Shown piece by piece: positions 53,923-64,000 of a stretch of 64,000 nucleotides of DNA. Each line of letters begins with the position of its first letter. Position 1 is the stretch's first letter. The DNA lies in NCBI RefSeq assembly GCF_000143415.4, contig NW_003314342.1, positions 333,569-397,568 of the forward strand. The letters run 5' to 3'. The stretch comes from Selaginella moellendorffii. Lineage: Eukaryota; Plantae; Lycopodiophyta. A program made the position numbers and the translations under genes. The notes beneath the pieces were generated by a model. The model had not been told where the DNA came from, searched no databases, and saw only the letters and a list, made by a program, of their open reading frames with translations.

Positions 53923-56600
53923 TTAGGGTCGTACGAGAAGTCGGAGGGAATGCTGCTCGTTTCCGGCGGTAAGGACGTGCGTGCCGCTGCGCAGGAGCTT
54001 CTTTCCATCGCGATCGGCGTGGACGAAGTGGCGGCAGGGGTCCAAATCGAAGATCACGGGGTTGCTAATGGAATCCCCCGCGATCTGGATCTTATTGAAG
54101 CCGACGAGCTGCCTCTGAGGTACGCCATCGCTCCCTGCGCTAGGAGGAGTAGAGAAGAGCATCAGTGTGTGGCTGATCGCCATGGCGCCCTTGTTCCGGA
54201 CGGAAATCGCGACCTGGCTCTTGAGAGACTCGCACGATTTCTCGTCCGTGGCGTCGAGGTGGAAGCAAGAGGATGATTTCTTGAGGCCAGTGCACGGTTG
54301 CATTGGCGCTGTGGAGGGGATTGAGAGGAATGAGGGTGCCTTGATGAATTTGGCCGAGAGTGAAGTGTAGCTCAGTCCATCGCCAAACTTGAAGATTGTT
54401 GGTCCCGTGTAGAATCGATACGTTCTTCCTGGATAGCCTGTGGAAGCATTTGGTCGCATGTTCATGTCTAGCATGGAAATGCTGGTGAAGTTTTGTGGAT
54501 ACCAAGTTGCTGGTAGCTTTCCACCTGAGAGTGATTCGTGCGAGAGTTAGTGGTGAGTTTTGGACTGGAAGTGACTTACTTGGATTATGATCTCCAAAGA
54601 TAACTTCGGCTATTGCAGCTCCTCCAGCTTGTCCGGGATAACCAGCCCAGAGAATTCCTGCGATCCGGCTGTCACTCAACGCAAAAGGTATGTCGATTGC
54701 TCCGGCACTCAAGATGACGATCACAACTGGTCCTTTTGCAGCTTGCATCACCTGGGAGACGAGCTCTTGCTGCTTTCCCGGCAGAAGCAAGCTTGTTCTA
54801 TCCAGTGACTCGGCTTCTATGGTGAGATCTAGTCCGACTGCTACTACAACAGCGTCTGCTGCTGCCGCTGCTGAGACGGCGCCACTGATCAAGCTGTCTG
54901 AGCTGCATGCAACGTTTGCGCAGCCGGGAGCGTAGGAGACTTGGGCGTACTTTTGGAAAGCTTGGAGAGGCGATGTGTATTTGCAAGGTATGCCTGTGAG
55001 ATAGAGTGTTAGCTCCTCAAAGTTTTCGTGATGTCTAACAAGTTTCGTACCTGCGTAGTTGCCAATCATAGCGCGAGTTGCGTTTGCGTGTGGACCAACG
55101 ACTGCTAAGCTTTTGATCTTGCTCGTAGATAAAGGAAGAGCTCCCAGGTTCTTCAGGAGCACCATTCCTTGTCTTGCGGCTTCAAGAGCAAGTGTCTGAT
55201 GTTCGCTTGTGCAGACATCGCTCGCTCCAAGTGAGCCATATGTTTGGGATTTTGGATCGCCATCATATAGGCCCAGCCTCATTTGTACCGTAACAAGGTA
55301 CGTGAGAGCTTGGTTTATGGTTGCTTCAGTGACTTTCTTTTGCTGAATTGCGGACAATGTGTGCTTGGCCAGGAAGGTTCCGCAATTCAGGTTCAAGCCT
55401 GGAAAGCTGTTTAGTTCGTGAAAAAGCTTTGGTAGAGGAAAATTCTTACCGGCTAACAATGCGTCTGCGGCTGCATCCTCTGCCGTGGCTGCATAGTTGG
55501 TGTTGTCAAAGAATACTTGCAACGAATCGCAGTCAGATACTATATATCTGAAGAGCGGAAACAATCAAGTAAGGGTGAGCTGCTGAATTTGCACTATCGT
55601 TCTCACCCATTGAGTTTCCAGGTCTCTCTGACTGTTGTTGTCAAGAGCTCGTGATCAGCACACGTCGGGACTCCGTTGAGACGATTGTAAGAGCACATAA
55701 CGCTGCTTACTCCTCCATCCTCGACGCAGCTCTTGAAAGGAGCATTATAAGTATCTTCAAGGTCCTGCTCGGTCACCTGAAGGTACAATGTTCTCGTTTA
55801 GCTCTCAGACAAGAAGATCACTTACAATTGCATTGAAGTGGTACCGATCAGTTCCAAGCCAGTTATCCACGTCGTAAGCCGTCATATGCTTGCAGCAAGC
55901 TGACACTTTCAGTTTATCACTCCCGGCTTGCGACTCCTGGAGTCCTCGCACATAATAAGTTGCAAAGTTACTCGAGAGCAGTGGATCTTCTCCTGGCGTC
56001 TCCTGGCCTCGTCCCCACCTCGGATCTCGATATATGTTGATGTTGGGGCTCCAGAAAGTGAGGCCTGACTGGCCGAGATTGTGCATTGCTCTGGCTTCCG
56101 TGGACACAGCCTGTTCAAGAGGTACGAAACAACAATGTGAACAACGCTCCGGAGATGTAACTAAGTTCGCAACGTTTTGCAGGGAGGAGGAGAATCACCT
56201 GGCCAATTCCGTAGAAGAGACTGGTGTTGAAGGACGCAGCTGTGGTGATTGGCATAGGAAAGCTCGTAGCCGCTGGAACAGAGCCTCCGAATTGTACTCC
56301 GGGACTGGAAGCGACTCCATGGAGAGCCTCTTGCCACCACTGGTATTTTGGAACACCGAGACGGGGGATCCCGGTTGCAGTGTTGATCAGCTGAGATATC
56401 TTTTCCTCGAGCGTCAAGCGAGCAACATAGTCTTCAACTCGGTCGGTGATTGGCAAGGAGGTGTTGCAAAAGGGGAATGCTGCGAGTGTAGCATTGCTTT
56501 GATCACATGCATATGGTGCCTGGCCAGCCAGCACGTCGATGACTCCCAACAGCAGCACTAAAGACAGCAACGCGTCTTTGCAGGTCGAAGCTTTTCCCAT
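53923..56600 (-). CDS. GH3 beta-D-xylosidase/alpha-L-arabinofuranosidase (BXL-like), copy A
   Basis: Signal peptide, [48 protein letters not shown] (nucleophile Asp), [22 protein letters not shown]. Confidence 0.95.
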
Positions 56601-57564
56601 CTTGCTCTCTCTCTCTTTTCAGTTTTGCGTCACTAATCTTTTTATGCGCAGATCTGGGTGCACCACTCAAGAAGAAATCTGTAGCCACTCATTGGTTGAA
56701 GGAGAATCTCCACTGAGGCATGATATATCGCTTCTGCGAGCTGACTGAGACGAGCGTGAGCTCCGCGAGCTCTGATATACGAGATAAGATTGCTGAATCA
56801 TTTATCATATCCGTTGCTTGCTCGGCTCACTCCATCCCAGGATAAGAAGAGCAGGAAGAGAAGAAGAGGACGCCTCAATTCTCCTCTCTACAAGCACCGG
56901 CCACGGAGAGCGAGCAAAAAGAATACGACGAGGATTGAAACAAAACAGTGCACACAAAGTTCCACGCCAAAACGATCAAGCTCTGTAGAAGTAAGCTCCT
57001 CCTTGTCTCGCTCCCGCTCCTTTCAGCATTGCATTTATAACCAAGTTCTCACTTTCTCTTCACAGGCTCTCTCTCTCTCTCTCTCACTTCACGCTCTCGC
57101 GACTCGACTCGGCTGATCTACGTCCCAATCCCGATTTATTCTCGCGCTCGCTCGATGCCAAAGGCCAGTCTGCCAAGTTTATATTTTCATTCTCTCACTT
57201 TTTTGCTCAGTGCTCTGATCGTTCTTACAAGAAGTGGTAATAAGCACACGATCCGTGACACCCTATACAGACTAGGCTCGCGCCAGATAGGCCGACGTGG
57301 CGCAATCTAGAGCCGTCGATTGGCTTTCGCGGCGGATTCTGTATCTTTGAATTCCGGCCGTCGATTCTTTTAAATTCCAGCCGTTGGATGCTCTGTCGCG
57401 GTCTAGGGCGCTGGTCTTGACGCCTTTCTTTTGTTGCACTCCCAATGCTGGCTAAACAGGGAGAAAAATCTCTTCTTGGTCTTGTATCGTATGTATGTAT
57501 CGATCAATGGATCGTTGGGCCAGCGCCAAAGAATGTAGGGTTTTGGAGCAAATATTTTAGGGTT

Positions 57565-60463
57565 CTAGGACTGGAGGAGGATGGGGAGAGGATGCCGCGC
57601 GTTGCCGACCGCGAGCGTGTGGATGCCGCCGTGCAAGATCCTCACGCCATTGGCGCCCGCGTGGGACAGGTGCTTGCAGGGATCGATCTCGATCTCCACG
57701 TTCTCCACGGCGCCTGGCGCAACGCTCACTTTCCCGAATCCAGCGAGCTGCCGGATCGGCGCGCCGTCCCGGCCAGCGTTTGGGGGCGACGAGTAGAGCA
57801 GCACTGCGCGGTTGGACGGGCGATCTCCCTTGTTGTGGACAAGAATTCTCACCTTGGAGGTAAGCGTGCTACAAGTAATCTCATCGTGTGCATTTAGATG
57901 GAAGCATGTTAGATTGCCATCGCAAGATCGCTTGACCGCTGCTGCCTCCGGGAACCCGAGTGAGAGCGGTGCTTCCTTGAATTTGTGCGAGAGTTTAGAG
58001 TACGTCTTGCCATAGCCAAAGTTATAGACCGACTGTCCTGTGTAAAACCTGTATGTTCTTCCTGGGTAGCCTCTGGAAGCGTCCGGCCGCATATTCATGT
58101 CGAGCATTGTGATTCCTGTGAAGCTTTCCGGGTACCATGTCACAGGAAGCCTTCCACCTGTATAGGATTGTTAGCAAGAACTCATAGAAAGTCCTTTTTC
58201 TTTCTTTCACTAACCTGGATTGTGATCTCCAAACAGGACTTGGGCGATGGCTGCTCCACCAGCTTCTCCGGGATATCCAGCCCAGAGTATGCCTTGCACC
58301 TTGTTATTATACTTTGCAAAGCTCACGTCGACCGAGCCGCCGGAGAAGATGACTAGAACAGCAGGTCCTTTTGCTGCTTTCGTGACTTCGGTGACGAGCT
58401 CTTGCTGTTTTCCAGGGAGGAGAAGGCTTGTTCTATCCTTGCCTTCGGCTTCCTGGTTTAAATCCAGACCGACAAACAGTACCACCGCATCTGCTTGGGA
58501 CGCTGTTGAAACCGCGGAGCCGATCAAGCTGTCCGAATAGCACGCCACATCTGAACAGCCGGCAGAGTATACTACTCTGGCATAGGCACTGAGTCCGTCG
58601 TGAGGCGTGGTATACTTGCAAGGTATTCCTGTGGTTTCAGCCTCAAACAAGTGAGCAATATGTATTTCGAGCTACTAACGCACTTGTTCTTACCTTGATA
58701 GTTTCCGATCATGGCCCGTGTTGCCTTTGCATGAGGCCCAATTGCTGCTACGGTCCTGATATTGGACTTCGAGAAAGGGAGGACGTTACCGTTGTTTTTC
58801 AAGAGCACGATCCCCTCTTTGGCTGCATCTAGAGCCAATTGTTGGTTCTCTCCGGTGCACACGCTCTGTGGTCCAAGATTTCCGTAAGGTTGGGATCGTG
58901 GATTTCCATCGTAGAGTCCCAGCCGCATCTGCACGTTGTAAAGGTATCGAAGTGCTTGGTTCACATTGGCCTCGGTAATTTTTCCATTGGTGATTGCAGA
59001 CTGCGTGTGGATGGCCAGGAAGGGACCACAATCGAGATTCAATCCTGACAGGAGAAAGGAATGGAAAAAGAACGCGGTGGTTAGCACAGCCCTTGTCGGA
59101 AGGTTCTTTTGTCATACCGGCTAGCAGAGCATCCGCTACGACATCTTCAGCAGTCTTGGCATAGTTGGTGTTGTCGAAGAAAGTTTGGAGCGAGTCACAG
59201 TCAGACACGATGTAGCTGCAAGGGAGATAAAGGAGAAGCACTTCACAGGTGAGCAAGATCTGTCGTCAAGCTGGCCAGACTAAAGCAAAAAAAAAATTTA
59301 CCGACCCGTTCAGGTTCCAGCTGCTCCTCACTGTGGCACTAAGGAGATTATAGTCAGCGCATGTCGGCACCCCGTTCACCCGGTTGTACGAGCACATCAC
59401 ACTACTGACTTTGGCATCCTCGACGCAGCTTTGGAAGGGCGGGTTGTACGTGTCTGATAAGTCCTGCTGGGTCACCTGGAACGAGAAAACGGACATTACA
59501 GTCAAGAATCAGTTATGAGCAAGAAAAGCAGTGGCATTTCGGAGGCGAGGGGGGACTTATGACACAGGGTACAGATCATGGACAGGGTGTGGAAGTTAGG
59601 TGCCAGGAATTATCAGAGAGGAAAAGGTGCAAGCAAAACGCAGGAGCATTACAATGGCATTGAATTTGAAGCGGGTGGTGCCCTTCCAGTTGTCAACGTC
59701 GTAAGCTGTCATATGCTTGCAGCAAGCCGAGACTTTGAGCTTGTCACCGCCGAGGTTTGTATCCTGGAGGCCTCGCACGTAGAACGTGGCATACTTGCTC
59801 GACAGGAGAGGGTCCTCGCCTGGCGTCTCCTGGCCTCGGCCCCATCTCGGGTCGCGGTAGATGTTTACATTCGGGCTCCAGTACGTGAGGCCGGCTCGCT
59901 GATAGTTGTGCATCGCTCGGGCTTCGGTGGACACGGCCTGGAAAAAGGAAACGATATCTCGGTCAGCATGGAGAATTCAGCACACTATGGGTGTGGACAG
60001 GACGTCCAGCTACAGCGTCGGAATAAAAGAAAACAGAGGAAGGAGAAGAACTTGCCTGGCCGATTTTGAGGAAGAGACTGACATCAAAGGAGGCTGCGGT
60101 GAGAATTGGCATCGGAAAGCTGGTAGCTCCAGGGAATTTGCCTCCAAACTTGACGCCGGGGCTGACTGCAACTCCGTGGAGCGCCTCTTGCCACCACTCG
60201 TATCGGGGGAGTCCCAGCCTGGGAATTCCGGCGGCATTGTTGACGAGCTGAATTATCTTCTCCTGGAGCGTCATGCGCGAGATGAGGTCCTCGACGCGCG
60301 TGCTCGTCGGCAGCCTGGTGTTGCAGAATCCAAACTGGAGCAGCGTCGCATTGCGCTGGTCGCATGCATACGGTGCTTGTCCCGCCACAACTTGGTGCGT
60401 CAAGAGCGCCACCTCGAGCAGCAGCAGCAGGATCCAGTGGCTGCAAAAGCTCGCCTTGGCCAT
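57565..60463 (-). CDS. GH3 beta-D-xylosidase (BXL-like), copy B (tandem paralog)
   Basis: Same motifs and exon layout as copy A. Confidence 0.95.
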
Positions 60464-60931
60464 CGTGAAAGCAGCAGGAAGAAACGAAGCAATCGATCCT
60501 TTAAATCAGGAACGCAACAAAAAAAATAAAAAAATAGGAGGTATGTGCGAGCTTTTCTCGTTTCTCTCTTTCTTTGCTAACACGAATCAAACTATGGAAA
60601 ATGCAACACGCTAGCTATCTTCGATCCGACTGGACTGACTGAGCTCTACTGGAGAAATGCGGACTGTGGTATCTCATCTCGAAACTCATGCTCTCTCTTT
60701 CTTTTCTTCCTTCGCTTTCTTCCTCGTAGCTGGTGCCTTTGAATCTTCCTTTGTGCGCTCTTTTTGCAGTTGTGGAGCTGCTAGGCCCAGAGCCAAAGAA
60801 AAAAGAGCTACTTGGAACAAAGAATGGCTTGACGGGTTGATAACAGAGCGTGACGGGCGGCCGGCTTGTATGGTGCCTATCGTCCTACCGGAAACGAGCT
60901 GCCCTTATAAAGACTTTGGTCCGGGCGTGCC

Positions 60932-61017
60932 CACGTGGCAGACTGACACTGGGTAAAGCTGAACTGACGTGGACTAGATCTTGACCCTGACGTGGATGGC
61001 CGGGAAGCTGACGTGTC
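60932..61017. promoter_or_regulatory. Cluster of ACGT-core bZIP sites (G-box plus three CTGACGTG, ABRE-like)
   Basis: ccacgtggc near 60931; ctgacgtgg at 60964 and 60987; ctgacgtgtc at 61008. Confidence 0.55.
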
Positions 61018-61395
61018 GTGGAGAGTCGGTCGCTACTAACCTTTGGTGGAGCCGGCGATGGCGAAAGCCCAAGAGGAGCACCACATGGTGTGGCGTGATC
61101 GATTTGATTTTTCCAAAAGGCGGAAAATGGATGGGAATTTATTGAAAATATACATGTTAGGTCCACCAAACATTGATCAAAAGAATGTAAAAAAGTGAAA
61201 ATATTCGGAGCTCAATCAATTAATTCTAGTATTGTACTTGGCGCTGATTGATGGCTATGGTTACAAACTTTTATTGGGAGGCAATCGCAGGAGTCGTCTC
61301 TATGATTGTGGACCTTTCTTTCGTCACGCATTGGGAGAGAGTGGCAGCAGCAACCTGACAAGAAGAAGATTGGAGCGATTGGATGGTTCTCTAGA

Positions 61396-62100
61396 TATAT
61401 AAAAAAGGCTGGTTACCAGAGGAGGATTCGATGGCACGCACACTCTCGCTCGCTTGCTCGCTCGTCAACTTTGCGTGAAGAAGAAGAGTGCCACAGTTTT
61501 GGTGTGATTCTTCCTCCTGGCCGGGAAAGGCAAAGAAAACTCAAAAGGGGAAAGAAAAGTGTGAGCGGGCTTACAAAGTCAGCAGCATTATCCTCTCCCT
61601 GATTCCATCAGCAAAATTTGTTTGGATTCGAGACTACCTGTTCTTCGTGCGCAAGAAAAGCCGACAAGAGAAAAGAATTATAAAACTAAGCAAGGAAATC
61701 AATCAAGCTTACCTGTTGTCCGGAGAGCTCTCTCTCTTTTTTCCTGTGATCTTTTCTCGCACAGAGTAACTGTAGCTGTCCATCACTGCCCAGTGAATAC
61801 GTCTCGCTCGCGAGCGTTGCCGATAAAAGGAACTCTTCCAAATGCGATGCACTAACGAACGCGAAATAAGTTGGAGTGTCCAATTCTTAGCTCTTGGAGG
61901 ATTGGCAGACGAACGATCAAAAGAAGACCAGCCAGCTTCTTCGTTTGGCGCGGCCTTTAACAGCTCTTGCGGGTGTCGTTTGTCGCATCCTCCCAGCCAC
62001 ATATTCTTCTCCTAGCTCATCCATCCGAGAGTTCTATCCAATAATGCTGGCTGGCTGAAGATGGATCGAGTGATGAATGAATGAATGGAAGAAGAAGCTT
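61396..62100 (+). ncRNA. Candidate spliced non-coding transcript / pri-miRNA with a hairpin at about 61890-61998
   Basis: TATATAAA at 61396, donor gtgag at 61561, pyrimidine tract and acceptor at 61764, no convincing ORF, and a stem pairing ggaggattggcagacga with tcgtttgtcgcatcctcc. Confidence 0.4.
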
Positions 62101-63362
62101 CTTACGAAAACTATAAGAGGACGTGTGTAAGAAAAGAAGGAGAGATCAAGCGAACCTCTGGAAAATTCCAAACATGATTGATCCTTGCTGCGTTTGAGTT
62201 GGCGTGCCTATCCATCACCTCGACAAAAATTTAAGTGAGGACAACAAGGAAAGAAGAATTGACGAATAGAACGTACGGTTGAATGTCTTGAGAGTTTTGC
62301 TCCAACGATGAAAGCTGCCGCTCAACAAACAGGGAATAAAGCTGCGTGCTGCGTGCTCAAATCGTCAGAGTTTGTCTGATGGGAAGAAGCTCGCGAATTC
62401 TGTTCATGCATGCCGAATGCTCTAGATAGATGCGGAATCCAAGGCTGAGAAGACGAAAGTTCGAAAGGTGATCTTGTAAAAGAATCTGTGGAAGAAGAGG
62501 TATGAGTAAATATCCAAGACCACGACAACGTACGTACGTATCACCGAAGATGGTCGATGTTTTGCCGTCGCTTTCCCAGTCAGAAGACGCTGTTAAAACA
62601 AACCAAAGAGAATATTTTATGCACCAATCAGTCCTGTCCTGATCACCAAACCCACGCTTGAGCATCGAAGAAGATTAAAAAATGTCCTACAACACACAGC
62701 AAACAAAAAACAAAGAAATGAGAATTTCGGTAGCTAACAAGACTCGAAAGCAACAACCAAAACCGACCTTGATTCTTCATCGTCAACATCTTGACTCGAA
62801 AAACAAAACTCTAGAACTTTCGAACTTGGACAAGCATCGCTAGGCCCATACCTGTGGATTCCACAAAACCAGCTTAGACCCGGTGCTTCTCAACTTAATA
62901 TCACCTTACCAATGCCAGAACTCCACCTCCCAGAGCAGCTTCATCGCCATCCCAAACTACGTTAAAGGCTTTCCTGAATCCGACAATTATAAAGCTAATC
63001 TAAGGCTAGACCTCTGGTGGTCGAGTTTTTCCACTTTGTTCCACTTGCCGCAAACGTGAAGCAATTGGATCCACAGGAATTCCAATTCTTCCATTTCCTT
63101 CTGCGAAAAAGAAATACGTCAAGCAAAGATCAAACGTAAAATCAATGGACGTACCTTCACTAGTGCGCGAAGGCTCGAGAAGTCAAGAGATTGTTTCCTG
63201 GACAAAGAAAACTGGAGAAACACAATATACATATATAAGCCGACACGATTCACAGATATCATCTTTATACGCCTCAAAAAATGGTGTGAAGTGTTAGCAT
63301 ACTTAGCTACATAGAAACGCCGCATGGTCGATAAGACAGCTGAAGAGCTCACTGCTGCTTCT

Positions 63363-64000
63363 TCAGTGTCCAAAGTTGCACATCTGAACTAATTCCATGT
63401 CGTAATCCACGTACCTCGTCCAAAACTCCCGGTACTGGTTCATGGCTAGATCCAGCCACGGCTTCATATTCCCGTTGAAGTGAATCACCGCTGCGCTCCT
63501 GATCTTCTCCAAGCTGATGCTCGGGTTGTATCCCAGGCCCAGGACGTGCCACGATTTGTCCAGAGGCTTGGTCGTCTTGTAGAAGGTGATGAGCCCCGGC
63601 GGCAGGGTTCCAAGCTTCCAAAGACTGCGGTTCTCATTCTGCAAAGAACAAGCTGGGTACATTCAACGATATTTTTTTTTTTACCTTGGATTGCCAGTAA
63701 TGATACTCTTCGGTGCACTTCTCTCGCCTCCAAGCATTCAAGTCGAAGAAATTCATCCCGTATGCCCAGCCACAAGCCTTGGGATTGAATCGGGACGCGA
63801 TGAGAGGGTGCGAGAAGTTCATGTACTTGTCATATCTGTGGAAGGAACCAAAGCACGTCTCCACCGCTCCATTCACCTTCCCGTCCATGTCGATCTCCCA
63901 CAGCCCTGTCAGATCCTTCTGCACCACCACGTCGTCGTCGAGGAAGAGTATCCTGTCCAGCTTGGGATACATCTCCGGCAAGTAGAAGCGGAGATGGTTG
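63363..64000 (-). CDS. GAUT8: Galacturonosyltransferase GAUT8/QUASIMODO1-like (GT8), 3' part; exons >64000-63685 and 63638-63363
   Basis: NHLRFYLPEMYPKLDRILFLDDDVVVQKDL, CGWAYGMNFFDL, LWKLGTLPPGLITFY, HFNGNMKPWL..VDYDMELVQMCNFGH*. Confidence 0.93.

Overview
Eukaryotic nuclear DNA from a very gene-dense land-plant genome. Introns are mostly about 45-70 nt, intergenic gaps are often under 150 bp, and AAACCCTA telo-boxes sit at gene starts. These traits and the protein sequences suggest a lycophyte such as Selaginella (inference). About 23 intact-looking genes are recognisable: three intronless nodulin-like/NFD4 MFS transporters, RFT1, YAK1 kinase, TOC64/OM64, a USP, a small At3g52230-like gene, organellar RECG, mTERF, a SAUL1/PUB44-like U-box/ARM ligase, MED11, a UBR7-like E3, a Dabb protein, a GH1 beta-glucosidase, a beta-amylase, two germin-like proteins, galactinol synthase, two GH3 beta-xylosidases and the 3' end of GAUT8. 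The window also holds a decayed block (MORC and CGEP pseudogenes next to a foldback repeat), AT-rich islands and a 100-N gap. The most striking signal is a repeated 'bridge exon' layout. In two independent places (small gene to RECG, and PUB44 to mTERF) the upstream gene's predicted last intron leads into an exon holding only 8 coding nt, ending in its stop codon. The start codon of an unrelated organelle-targeted gene follows 28 nt or 9 nt later. This points to spliced dicistronic mRNAs, and weaker look-alikes follow MED11 and GAUT8. Also notable: a TOC64 that keeps the full amidase catalytic triad, a P1BS/HSE motif cluster beside an orphan Cys-rich ORF, and a candidate spliced pri-miRNA. All exon models were built by eye and none was checked against transcripts or databases.
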